Source: Candidatus Omnitrophota bacterium (GTDB taxonomy: Bacteria > Omnitrophota > Gorgyraeia > Zapsychrales > Zapsychraceae). Taken from it: DNA of 64,000 bases. The notes under the pieces are model-generated. The model was not told where the DNA came from. It was given only the letters and a program-made list of their open reading frames with translations, and did no database searches. The stretch covers positions 71,530-135,529 of the forward strand of contig DATDQB010000001.1 of assembly GCA_035292445.1 (NCBI GenBank), in the 5' to 3' direction. The position numbers and the translations under genes are program-made. Below, one piece after another: positions 18,507 to 28,026 of the stretch. Position 1 is the first letter of the stretch. The number at the start of each line of letters is the position of its first letter.

Positions 18507-19856
18507 TTAAAAGTTTACGTTAACGTGGACGATCGCTTGCTTGGCTGTCTGACCACTAGTTGATGTGAATACGCCCTTGGGAATGAACCATCCAAGATTA
18601 CCTCCGATTTGGACATCTTCGGTGTAATCATAGATTAATTCAAAATCGATTTCTTTACCAAGATCGGAGTTCTCTCTCTTGATCTCAACATCTACATCGC
18701 TGCTACTACCTGGCTGATTCAAGCTGATTTGAGAGATACCTGCACCTAAGTCTCTTTCCAAGAAAAGACCCGTCACGGAAAGTTTGGCCAATAAATCTTC
18801 CATCGGGTTAAACCCGAGGGTTATTGTATGGATTTCCGCGTTTGTCAGATCAAAGAGGGCGTTATAAATCTTGCCACCCGCTTGATTTTCAAACATGGGG
18901 TCCCATCCTGTAAAGTCACCATCATCATCAGAATCTTCAGCATTTCCTGTGACTTTGGTGTAGACGTATTGCGCGGTCGGGTTGTATTCATCAAAAGCCG
19001 GAATCTGGTAATTGGCGATGAATTGGACCGCCCAAGCATTACGTCTTGCGTGATTAGTACCAAAATTATGCGTACCTTTTTGGTAAGCATTTTCCACTTG
19101 AAGGTTTAACCCTTCAAACGGATTGGTGCTAACACGTCCACCAACGGTATATACCTCATCAGCTTTTATGCCTCCTGCAGGGTTTTGATCAACCTTTTTC
19201 CAGAAGTAGGCTTCGATGATGGAATTATAATCATCACCGAGCTGATAATTGGCGTTGATACCAGCAAGCATAGTATCATCATCGTGTGTATATATGCTGC
19301 CGCTGCTTGTTTCGTCAATCTGGGCATACACGATGTCGATGGTGAGCGGATTGTAATCCAAGATCGCTCGGATCGCATCCAGTGTTGTTTGCTTGGTTAG
19401 GTCATCAGCCACATCCGCGAGCCCTGAAGTGTCTGGCGCATGGTTATTGGTTCCGGATGAATCAACAATAAGGCTGTTTCCATAACGGAAACTTTGACGA
19501 CCGATGATCAACGTTAACGGAGAATAGAGCATTTCCCTTAACGTTACGTAGGCCAATAGGATATCGACGCTCGAGTTGCTGCTATCCTCATGCACCCATG
19601 GTCTTTCATTGATTAAGGCGATCGTTGCCCCGACTTGATCCGTCAGGTCGGCATCGACTTGCAAAATAGCCTGCGTGAGAAAAGTGGATTGCTTTTCATC
19701 AACGCCGGTATTATGGCCTAAATCAAAGTTTTTTCTGAACAAATACGTGCTGTCAACGCTGCCGCTGACGCGCACGTTTTGTACAGCAGCGAATGCTGAG
19801 CCAGCAACCATCGCTGTAGCCAAGAGCATCGCTGTTATCATTAATAATTTTCTCAT
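18507..19856 (-). CDS. Outer-membrane beta-barrel protein, alginate-export (AlgE-like) family; probably a major porin
   Basis: Signal peptide (..GSAFA), amphipathic beta strands, IGRQSFRYG, DLGKEID motif, C-terminal Phe; own promoter, GGAGG SD and terminator. Confidence 0.8.
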   Translation of the reverse strand: MRKLLMITAMLLATAMVAGSAFAAVQNVRVSGSVDSTYLFRKNFDLGHNTGVDEKQSTFLTQAILQVDADLTDQVGATIALINERPWVHEDSSNSSVDILLAYVTLREMLYSPLTLIIGRQSFRYGNSLIVDSSGTNNHAPDTSGLADVADDLTKQTTLDAIRAILDYNPLTIDIVYAQIDETSSGSIYTHDDDTMLAGINANYQLGDDYNSIIEAYFWKKVDQNPAGGIKADEVYTVGGRVSTNPFEGLNLQVENAYQKGTHNFGTNHARRNAWAVQFIANYQIPAFDEYNPTAQYVYTKVTGNAEDSDDDGDFTGWDPMFENQAGGKIYNALFDLTNAEIHTITLGFNPMEDLLAKLSVTGLFLERDLGAGISQISLNQPGSSSDVDVEIKRENSDLGKEIDFELIYDYTEDVQIGGNLGWFIPKGVFTSTSGQTAKQAIVHVNVNF

Positions 19857-20058
19857 TAGTTTTCTCCTCCAAAAAGTACAAGTTATGATTAACCTAAGTT
19901 GTTAAAACGATTTATGACTAAACTAGACGTTATATTGCCTAGATAGTTTCGCCTTACGTCCAGCATACTGATGATACCGACACAATAGTATTCCATCCCT
20001 CCTTTCTATGTCAAAAATGGAATCATCGCTGGTTCATGCAGTTACTAAAGTTGAGTGT

Positions 20059-20087
20059 ATTATCACACTCACTCAAAAGGGTGTCAA
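20059..20087 (-). promoter_or_regulatory. Sigma70 promoter of the beta-barrel gene with a palindrome bracketing the -10 box
   Basis: TTGACA-17 nt-GATAAT; TGAGTGT-N6-ACACTCA at 20052-20071. Confidence 0.75.
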
Positions 20088-20139
20088 TAATTTTTAATTT
20101 TTTTTTAAGACCCCTTTTAAAAAAAGGGTACCTAAAAAA

Positions 20140-20214
20140 TGCGCCTGGGTGGATTCGAACCACCCACGCCGGCCTTAGGAGAGCCGCGCTCTATCCATAC
20201 TGAGCTACAGGCGC
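20140..20214 (-). tRNA. tRNA-Arg (anticodon CCT)
   Basis: GCGCCTG acceptor stem, TAGCTCAG D-arm, CGGCT-CTCCTAA-GGCCG anticodon arm, GGTGG-TTCGAAT-CCACC T-arm; CCA not encoded. Confidence 0.95.
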
Positions 20215-20347
20215 ATACTACCACAAAATCTTTTATTGAGAGAAGTATGCGCCAGTCCTCGCTTCATCTAAATTAAAATTTAAGCTAAGCGAGGGCAGGC
20301 GCTTTTATTAATAATATTTATATTCTAAAAAAACTTAACAATACGTT

Positions 20348-20881
20348 TTAGTATTTAATAATCGAATAGACCAAAACATCTTTTAATTTATCCTTACCCT
20401 TTAAAAATCCCAATTCAACGAGAAAAGCGACTCCTGCGATTTGAGCCCCCTGCGCCTTGACCAAATCACAAACAGCCCGAATCGTACCCCCGGTAGCCAA
20501 TAAATCATCCACGATTAAGACACGGCTATTAGGGGTAAGCGCGTCTTCATGGATCTCCAACTCATCTGTGCCATATTCCAATGCATACGAAATACGTTTG
20601 GTTTTATGCGGCAATTTTCCTTTTTTACGCACCGGGATAAATCCCGCCCCCAATTTATAGGCAACAGTCGCCCCAAAGATAAATCCCCTCGCCTCCACCC
20701 CTACCACATACTCAATATTTTCTTTCTTAAATTTTTTTACCAACAAATCGACGGATTTCTTAAAAGCGTCCTTTTGTTTAAGGAGGGTCGTGATATCCTT
20801 GAAAATGATCCCTTCTTTAGGAAAATTCGGAATATCCCGGATATGCGATCTCAATTCACTCTTTCTGACTTTAGCGACCAT
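20348..20881 (-). CDS. apt: Adenine phosphoribosyltransferase
   Basis: IPNFPKEGIIFKDITT, EARGF, RKKGKLP, LEYG, VDDLLATGGT. Confidence 0.96.
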   Translation of the reverse strand: MVAKVRKSELRSHIRDIPNFPKEGIIFKDITTLLKQKDAFKKSVDLLVKKFKKENIEYVVGVEARGFIFGATVAYKLGAGFIPVRKKGKLPHKTKRISYALEYGTDELEIHEDALTPNSRVLIVDDLLATGGTIRAVCDLVKAQGAQIAGVAFLVELGFLKGKDKLKDVLVYSIIKY

Positions 20882-20891
20882 GGACGAAGTC

Positions 20892-21746
20892 CTATCCCTT
20901 GCAAGAGGTGATTGATTGACGTTTAATAAATTTGGTCGGCAAAACCACTTTGACAGGCAGTTTCACTTTTCCTTGACTTATCTGGCTTAAATTTTCTGCA
21001 CCCAAACGCCCCATCTCTACCAAAGGCTGCGCCACCGTCGTCAACGAAATGGAACTCGTCGTATTCAACGGATTATCGTCGAATCCGATGACCGACAGAT
21101 CATCGGGAACGCGAAGGCCCATGCCCTTGGCCACATCCATCAGTTCCAAGGCCATCACATCGGAGGCGGCGAAAACCGCCGTCGGAGGACTGTCCAAGGA
21201 AAGAAGTTTCTTGGCCGCCTGGCGGGCGGGAGTACGAAGAAAATCGCCAAAGATCGTATAATTCTTGGGCACACGGATACCGTGTTTTTGTAATGCTTCG
21301 CGGTAACCCTCAAGGCGCATTAAACCCGATTGTGTTGAAGCATCGCCGGCAATGGTGGCGATGCGTACGTGTCCCAATTTGATCAACACCTCGATACATT
21401 CAACCGCCGCTTTTTTATTATCGACGGCCACAAAATTCATCGGCGTATCCAAAATATTATTCAGCACCATGCAGGGAACGCCGCTTTGAATGGCCTTCTT
21501 GACGACATTCACATCATTATCAATATCGGCGAAAATAATACCGTCAACATAATCCTTATCCATTAAAGAAGAATCCAGCCAGCCGCGATGATCGCTGCGA
21601 TCCACAATGTGAATAAGGATATCCGCCTTCAGCCGGCTCGCTGACAGGCTCACACCATGAATGATCTGGCCCGCATAATAGGAATGAAAAATGTCTTCAA
21701 AACGGGGAATAACCAATACAAAGGTGGGTTTTCGTTTCTTACTCAT
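20892..21746 (-). CDS. LacI/GalR-type ligand-binding domain protein with no N-terminal HTH
   Basis: VAVDN, LGHVRIATI, RLEGYREAL, PTAVFAASDVMA, VPDDLSVIGFDD, LTTVAQP; begins MSKKRKPTFVLVIP; ATG overlaps the end of the sigma gene. Confidence 0.85.
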   Translation of the reverse strand: MSKKRKPTFVLVIPRFEDIFHSYYAGQIIHGVSLSASRLKADILIHIVDRSDHRGWLDSSLMDKDYVDGIIFADIDNDVNVVKKAIQSGVPCMVLNNILDTPMNFVAVDNKKAAVECIEVLIKLGHVRIATIAGDASTQSGLMRLEGYREALQKHGIRVPKNYTIFGDFLRTPARQAAKKLLSLDSPPTAVFAASDVMALELMDVAKGMGLRVPDDLSVIGFDDNPLNTTSSISLTTVAQPLVEMGRLGAENLSQISQGKVKLPVKVVLPTKFIKRQSITSCKG

Positions 21747-22569
21747 CCTTTTCTTCCTGTTCTTGTTCTCGTTGCTTGATGATCTGCCGAATTTTCTTAA
21801 TGGTGGCCGCTTCCAGCTGTCGGACACGCTCACGGGAAACACCGAGCTCTTTGGCGATCTCGGCCAGCGTATGGGCCGTCCCGTCGGTTAAACCGTAGCG
21901 CATATCCAATATCTTTCGTTCCCGCTCATTGAGGGTTTCCAAAAATCCTATCGCCCTTTCTTTATTGATAAAAATCTCAAGGCTTTCATCAGGCGCAACA
22001 ATATTCTCATCTTCAATGATATCGATCACCTGCCCGTCACCGCTTTCTCCAATTGGCGCATCCAGACTCGACATCTTGGCGATCGATTTTTCCAAATCAC
22101 GCACCTTATCCACGGCTATCTTCATGGACTTGGCCACTTCCCCCATCCGCGGCTTGCGTTTCAACTTATGCGTCAATTTCTCAACGGTCTTTTTATATTT
22201 GAGGATTTCCTCATTCATGTAAACGGGAACGCGGATCATCTTCCCCTGGTCGATGATGGCGCGTGAAATCCCCTGTTTGATCCACCAAGCCGCGTAAGTC
22301 GAAAAACGAAATCCTCTATCAGGATCAAATTTTTCAACGCTTTTCATAAGACCGATGTTGCCTTCTTCGATCAGATCGGAAAGGGCCACGCCTAAGTTGG
22401 TATAACGTTTGGCGATGCTGATGACCAGCCGCAGATTCGACCTGATCATCTTTTCGCGGGCCTTCTTATCGCCTTTCTGTATCTTACGGGCGAGATCAAT
22501 CTCTTCCTCAGGAGTCAACAAAGGGATCGGCCGCACGTCTTTAAGGTAAGCTTTGATCGGATCGGTCAT
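21739..22569 (-). CDS. RNA polymerase sigma-70 factor, RpoD/RpoS-like, lacking region 1.1
   Basis: DPIKAYLK (1.2), NLRLVISIAKRY, DLIEEGNIGL, FSTYAAWWIKQ, VSRERVRQLE; 276 aa. Confidence 0.92.
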   Translation of the reverse strand: MTDPIKAYLKDVRPIPLLTPEEEIDLARKIQKGDKKAREKMIRSNLRLVISIAKRYTNLGVALSDLIEEGNIGLMKSVEKFDPDRGFRFSTYAAWWIKQGISRAIIDQGKMIRVPVYMNEEILKYKKTVEKLTHKLKRKPRMGEVAKSMKIAVDKVRDLEKSIAKMSSLDAPIGESGDGQVIDIIEDENIVAPDESLEIFINKERAIGFLETLNERERKILDMRYGLTDGTAHTLAEIAKELGVSRERVRQLEAATIKKIRQIIKQREQEQEEKDE

Positions 22570-22572
22570 AAA

Positions 22573-25335
22573 TTAACGTTTACGCGTTTTTTTCTTTGAC
22601 TTATACCCGTTACCCATGGCCAACGCCGCTTGGGCCGCCGCCAACCGGGCGATAGGGACACGATACGGCGAACAGCTGACATAATCCATGCCCACTTTAT
22701 GGCAGAAATGGATCGATGCCGGATCACCGCCGTGCTCGCCGCAAATGCCGATTTTCAGATTCGGCCGCTTTGATCGCCCCTTTTGGACGCTGATCTCGAT
22801 CAGCTGCCCGATGCCGGCAACGTCGATACTTTGGAACGGATCCTCGGGCAAAATGTTTTTCGTTACATAATCCGGTAAAAAGCCCCCAATGTCATCGCGA
22901 GAAAAACCAAAACCCATTTGAGTCAGATCGTTCGTCCCAAAAGAAAAAAATTCAGCGTCTTCGGCGATTTCATCGGCTGTTAACGCGGCTCGCGGGATTT
23001 CGATCATCGTCCCCCAAAGATACGGAATCTTTTTTACCTTATATTTTTTGCATACCTCCTGCTCGATACGATCCATAATCTTCCTTTGATCCCTTAGTTC
23101 ATTAACAGAACATACAACAGGAATCATGATCTCCGGATACACTTTCCTCCCAGCTTTCAACAACTCGATAGTCGCCTCTAAAATGGCCTTGAACTGCATT
23201 TCGCTTATCTCCGGGAACGTGACCCCCAAGCGCACACCGCGGTGGCCCATCATCGGATTGGTCTCATGCAATGAGGCCGCCCGCTTCTCCAATTCCTCCG
23301 TCGAAATTCCAAGACTCTTGGCCAAATCCACCAATGCCTCTTTCTTTTTCGGGACGAATTCGTGAAGTGGCGGGTCCAGCAAACGGAATGTGACCGGAAA
23401 TCCGCTCATCGCCTCCAAGGTTCCCTTAACATCACTTTTGACGTGAGGATATAACTCATCCAATGCACGCTGACGCTCCTCCGGCGTTGATGAAACGATC
23501 ATTTTTCTTAATTTAAAAAGGGGCTCTTCGGAATTCTTTCCGTAAAACATATGCTCGGTCCTGAAAAGACCGATGCCTTCCGCCCCGAATGCGCGGGCCT
23601 TCGCCGCATCTTCGGGCGTATCCGCGTTGGTACGGATTTTTAACGTGCGTATCGTATCGCAGATCTTAAGGAATTCCATAAAATAAGGGTTTTCTTCGGT
23701 CGCATCGATCATCGACAGGCGCTTTTCATAAAAAGTCCCTTTGGTCCCGTTAAGCGTGATCCAATCGCCTTCTTTAAGAGTTGTTCCATCAACCTGAACC
23801 GTTTTATGATGCCTGTTAAGCTCCATGTCGGAACATCCCACGATACAACATTTGCCCCACCCGCGGGCAACGAGGGCCGCATGCGAGGTCATCCCGCCGC
23901 GTGCCGTTAAAATAGCTTCGGAGGCGCGCATGCCTTCGACGTCTTCGGGGTTTGTTTCTTCGCGCACAAGGATGACCTGCTTGCCATCTTTTTTCCATTT
24001 AACCGCATCCTCGGCGGTAAAAACGATCTGACCGCTTGCCCCGCCGGGTCCGGCGGGTAATCCTTTGCCTAACACTTTGGCATGTTTTTCTTCGGCAGGA
24101 TCGATAATCGGATGAAGCAATTCATCCAACTGGGAAGGTTTCACGCGCTTAACGGCCTGCGCGTTGGTGATCAATCCTTCTTTGACCATATCCACGGCCA
24201 TGCGCACCGCTGCCGGGCCGTTTCTTTTACCGGATCGGCACTGAAGCATATAAAGCTTTCCGTTCTCAACGGTAAACTCGATATCCTGCATATCCTGATA
24301 ATGTTTTTCCAGCCGACGACGGATGTCTTCCAGCTGCTTATAGATTTTGGGGTTTTCCTGCTCGAGGGTCTGTAAATGCTTGTTATTATCGGATTGGGAG
24401 TATCTGTTGACCGGCGCGGGCGTGCGGATACCGGCGACCACGTCTTCCCCTTGGGCGTTGACCAAATACTCGCCGTAGAATTTGTTTTCGCCGTTGCCGG
24501 GATTGCGCGTAAAAGCAACTCCCGTGGATGAGGTGGTGCCCGTGTTGCCAAAGACCATGCTTTGGACATTGACGGCCGTTCCCCACTCCTCCGGAATATT
24601 TTCGATCCTGCGGTAGGAAACAGCGCGCTTGCCCTTCCAAGAAGCGAACACCGCGGTGATGGCACCCCACAATTGCTCTTCGGGATTGTCTGGGAATTCC
24701 TTCCCCAAGACTTCCTTTATGCGGGTCTTATATAACCCGCAGACCTTTTTTAAATCATCGGCATCCAGTTCGGTATCTAACTTAACGCCCTTTGCTTTTT
24801 TCGTCTTCTCAAGAATTTTATCCAATTGAACACGGATGCCCTGTCCTTCGGGCGGCTCGATACCGGCCGCTTTTTCCATGACAACGTCCGAATACATCGT
24901 AATAAGCCGTCGGTAGGCATCATAGGCAAAACGCTCGTTCTTAAATTTCTCAATGAGGCCGGGTATCGTCTTTTCCGTTAAACCGGCATTGAGGATGGTT
25001 TCCATCATCCCCGGCATGGACGTGCGGGCGCCCGAGCGGACCGAAACCAAAAGAGGGTTCTTGGGATCGCCGAATTTTCTGCCCAAGATCTTTTCAATTC
25101 TTTTTATAGCCGTATTGACTTGCTCTTTTAATCCGACCGGATATTTTCTGCTGTTTTGATAGTAATAGGTGCAGACCTCCGTTGAGATCGTGAAACCAGG
25201 CGGGACAGGCAAGCGCAGATCTTTATGGCCGGACATCTCAGCGAGATTAGCCCCTTTTCCTCCCAATAGATTTTTCATTGCCGCGACACCTTCCGCTTTT
25301 CCGTCTCCGAAAAAATAAACATACTTCTTTGCCAT
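22573..25335 (-). CDS. ppdK: Pyruvate, phosphate dikinase
   Basis: LLGGKGANLAEM, LVSVRSGA, GGMTSHAALVARG phospho-His motif, SFGTNDLTQ, ICGEHGG. Confidence 0.97.
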   Translation of the reverse strand: MAKKYVYFFGDGKAEGVAAMKNLLGGKGANLAEMSGHKDLRLPVPPGFTISTEVCTYYYQNSRKYPVGLKEQVNTAIKRIEKILGRKFGDPKNPLLVSVRSGARTSMPGMMETILNAGLTEKTIPGLIEKFKNERFAYDAYRRLITMYSDVVMEKAAGIEPPEGQGIRVQLDKILEKTKKAKGVKLDTELDADDLKKVCGLYKTRIKEVLGKEFPDNPEEQLWGAITAVFASWKGKRAVSYRRIENIPEEWGTAVNVQSMVFGNTGTTSSTGVAFTRNPGNGENKFYGEYLVNAQGEDVVAGIRTPAPVNRYSQSDNNKHLQTLEQENPKIYKQLEDIRRRLEKHYQDMQDIEFTVENGKLYMLQCRSGKRNGPAAVRMAVDMVKEGLITNAQAVKRVKPSQLDELLHPIIDPAEEKHAKVLGKGLPAGPGGASGQIVFTAEDAVKWKKDGKQVILVREETNPEDVEGMRASEAILTARGGMTSHAALVARGWGKCCIVGCSDMELNRHHKTVQVDGTTLKEGDWITLNGTKGTFYEKRLSMIDATEENPYFMEFLKICDTIRTLKIRTNADTPEDAAKARAFGAEGIGLFRTEHMFYGKNSEEPLFKLRKMIVSSTPEERQRALDELYPHVKSDVKGTLEAMSGFPVTFRLLDPPLHEFVPKKKEALVDLAKSLGISTEELEKRAASLHETNPMMGHRGVRLGVTFPEISEMQFKAILEATIELLKAGRKVYPEIMIPVVCSVNELRDQRKIMDRIEQEVCKKYKVKKIPYLWGTMIEIPRAALTADEIAEDAEFFSFGTNDLTQMGFGFSRDDIGGFLPDYVTKNILPEDPFQSIDVAGIGQLIEISVQKGRSKRPNLKIGICGEHGGDPASIHFCHKVGMDYVSCSPYRVPIARLAAAQAALAMGNGYKSKKKTRKR

Positions 25336-25355
25336 TTCTCGTTACCTTTCTTTTC

Positions 25356-26660
25356 TTATGATAATTGTTCCGTTAAATAACTCTTCAATTGAGTGATCGA
25401 AATGCGCTTTTGTTCCATGGTGTCGCGCTCACGGACCGTGACTTTCTGGTCGCTTAAAGAATCCACGTCCACCGTAACACAAAAATATGTCCCGACTTCA
25501 TCCTGCCGGCGGTAAAGCTTGCCGATGGCGGCCGTGTCATCATACACGCAAACAAATTGCTGTTGAAGGTCCTTTTTAATGTTTTGGGCCATCGTCACCA
25601 AGTCGCTATTTTTCTTCAATAACGGCAAGACGGCCACATGGCGCGGCGCCAAATGTTTATTTAATTTTAATACGACCCGTATTTTTCCTTCAACCTCTTC
25701 TTCATGATACGCGTCCACCAAGAATGCCAGTGTGGCCCGGTCAACGCCGCCGGACGGCTCGATAACATAGGGAAAAAACTTTTCTTGGGTGATCTGATCA
25801 TGGAATTGCAAATCCACGCCGGAAAATTTCGCATGCTGCTTTAAGTCATAATCCGCGCGATTGGCAATGCCTTCCAGCTCCGACCAGCCGAAAGGAAATT
25901 GGTACTCGATGTCACTGCACGCTTTGGCGTAATGCGCCAATTCGTCTTTAGCGTGTGGCCGGATCTTTAACTTCTCTTTTTTGATGCCCAGTTTCAGATA
26001 CCAGCCGAAACGTTCTTCGATCCATCTCTTGTACCAGCCCTCCGCATCCTCGGGCCGCGTGAAATATTCGATCTCCATCTGTTCGAATTCGCGCATACGA
26101 AAGGTGAAATTTCCCGGTGTGACTTCGTTACGGAATGACTTGCCGATCTGGGCGATGCCGAAAGGAAGCTTACGGCTCGTTGCGTCCACCACATTATTAA
26201 AATTGACAAAGATCCCTTGGGCTGTTTCGGGCCGCAAATACGCGGTCGATGACTCATCCTGCACCGCGCCCATATACGTTTTGAACATCAGGTTAAACGG
26301 GCGGCCTTCCGTAAAATCCTTACCCCCGCAGTTCGGGCATTTCCCTTTAAGATGGTCCTGACGGAACCTTTTCTTGCATTTCTTGCAATCAACGAGAATA
26401 TCGTTAAAATTTGCCGTATGGCCCGAGGCTTCCCAGGTCTTGGGGTTCATGAGAATGGCGGCATCAAGCCCCGCCATATCGTCGCGCTCATGGACGACCG
26501 CCTTCCACCACGCTTCTTTGACGTTTCGCTTAAGCTCAACACCCAAGGGACCGTAATCCCACGTGCTTCCCAATCCTCCATATATCTCGGAAGATTGATA
26601 AATGAAGCCCCGCCTCTTGCAAAGCGAAACGATCTTTTCCATTAAATCCGTGTTAGACAA
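25356..26660 (-). CDS. glyQS: Glycine--tRNA ligase, alpha2 homodimeric type
   Basis: LCKRRGF, YLRPETAQGIF, FRMREFEQME, ELEGIANR, VIEPSGGVDR, IGKLYRRQDE; TTG start. Confidence 0.95.
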   Translation of the reverse strand: MSNTDLMEKIVSLCKRRGFIYQSSEIYGGLGSTWDYGPLGVELKRNVKEAWWKAVVHERDDMAGLDAAILMNPKTWEASGHTANFNDILVDCKKCKKRFRQDHLKGKCPNCGGKDFTEGRPFNLMFKTYMGAVQDESSTAYLRPETAQGIFVNFNNVVDATSRKLPFGIAQIGKSFRNEVTPGNFTFRMREFEQMEIEYFTRPEDAEGWYKRWIEERFGWYLKLGIKKEKLKIRPHAKDELAHYAKACSDIEYQFPFGWSELEGIANRADYDLKQHAKFSGVDLQFHDQITQEKFFPYVIEPSGGVDRATLAFLVDAYHEEEVEGKIRVVLKLNKHLAPRHVAVLPLLKKNSDLVTMAQNIKKDLQQQFVCVYDDTAAIGKLYRRQDEVGTYFCVTVDVDSLSDQKVTVRERDTMEQKRISITQLKSYLTEQLS

Positions 26661-26784
26661 GTAACTTCCCCGCTGGCGTAATCTTTAATTAGGTTGCCTC
26701 TTTTATATTATTAATACTAAAGGGCCGATTGGAATTGACACATGGAGAAGTTATTTTAACGAAAACCATTTCAAAAAGCAATAT

Positions 26785-27753
26785 TTATGTTTGCTGAGAT
26801 TCCTCTTCTTTAAGAAAATCCAGAATCCGTTGCTCTTCAATGACCCTGCTTTTCCAGCGTTTGTGCATCCAACCACCCCACTCCCAAGGCCGCTCCCGCA
26901 CATGCTGTTCAATGATCTTAGTCAGTTTCGCAATATTAGCGACAATCGTTTCTTGGTCATCATCAAAACGCTCCAATTGAAAAGGCGGTTCAATGACCAA
27001 TTGATGACGGTCGCCTCCTTCGTGCCTCATAAAAACGGGCAAAATAGGGGATCCCGTGCGAATGGAGAAAATAACGGGGCCGGTCGCCGTCGCCGCCGGC
27101 TCTCCGAAGAAATCCACAAAGACGCGTCCGTCACCGCCGTAATTCTGATCCAACAAAATATAAAGAATCTCATTATTGCGTAAGGCTCGGATGCATTTCT
27201 GAACGCACTGCCTGGGTGGCAAATCATAAATGGTTCCCACACCCCGTTCGTTACGAAACTGCGAGATATACTCTTCCCATTTCTCATCACGCACACGGCG
27301 CATGATCACGTTGGTTTTGTACCCGGCAAGAACCGTTTTTAAATACATCAAAATAAAACTTCCGTAATGGGCGCTGACGAGAATGGCCCCCTTACCTGCT
27401 TTGAGAACATTATCCAGGTTCTCTTGTCCTACGATCTTGACTTTCTCGTTAATTTCCTTCGGCCGGTCGATGAAATAAATAAGATCAATCATCCCGCGGG
27501 CGAAGTGGTTATAGCATTTGTGATAAATTTGTTCGATCTCCTCGGAAGAGCGCTCATTCCCGAAAGCGATGCGAAGGTTCTCCAAGGCGATTTTCCTTTT
27601 TTTATTTAACAACGGAAAACCCAAGGCCATAAAAAAATGGGCGAGCACTTTATAGAGAGGATACGGCAGGCGCGCGATGATCCAGCGCAACACATAAAAG
27701 GTGTTGCGCGCCAGTGCCCGGTTGAACTTTTTTGTATTTTCCTTGAAAGACAT
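26785..27753 (-). CDS. Lipid A late acyltransferase (LpxL/HtrB) family
   Basis: ALENLRIAF, VSAHYGSF, LLDQN..VFVDFFG, WMHKRWK motifs. Confidence 0.85.
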   Translation of the reverse strand: MSFKENTKKFNRALARNTFYVLRWIIARLPYPLYKVLAHFFMALGFPLLNKKRKIALENLRIAFGNERSSEEIEQIYHKCYNHFARGMIDLIYFIDRPKEINEKVKIVGQENLDNVLKAGKGAILVSAHYGSFILMYLKTVLAGYKTNVIMRRVRDEKWEEYISQFRNERGVGTIYDLPPRQCVQKCIRALRNNEILYILLDQNYGGDGRVFVDFFGEPAATATGPVIFSIRTGSPILPVFMRHEGGDRHQLVIEPPFQLERFDDDQETIVANIAKLTKIIEQHVRERPWEWGGWMHKRWKSRVIEEQRILDFLKEEESQQT

Positions 27754-27756
27754 CAG

Positions 27757-28026
27757 TTAATACTCTCCCCCCAACATCTTGTAATATTCGCTCATCTTTT
27801 CGAAAGAAACGATCGCCCCTTTAATCAAGGCCGCCGATATCGCGAGGATAATGATGGAAAGGATAACCTTTTTTGACGAAGAATACCGCGGATTGAACCA
27901 CACCAACGGCAATATAAAGGGGCCGACGCACAGAAACCCGATAACAATACTCGACGTCGAAAAATACCATTTTGGTTTTTCAGATGTTTTCATTTCTGTC
28001 TGCTGATTTATAGGTTGATCGCTCAT
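27757..28026 (-). CDS. Small two-TM hypothetical membrane protein
   Basis: KWYF..CVGPFILPLVWFNP; start overlaps the panB stop. Confidence 0.7.
   Translation of the reverse strand: MSDQPINQQTEMKTSEKPKWYFSTSSIVIGFLCVGPFILPLVWFNPRYSSSKKVILSIIILAISAALIKGAIVSFEKMSEYYKMLGGEY

Noticed and set aside
20140-20214. tRNA-Arg as the integration site of a genomic island
   Set aside because: No integrase and no convincing long direct repeat of the tRNA 3' end elsewhere in the window.
21747-21842. Upstream in-frame extension that might supply the missing LacI HTH
   Set aside because: It lies within the sigma gene and shows no LacI HTH pattern (no TIxDVAxxAGVS).
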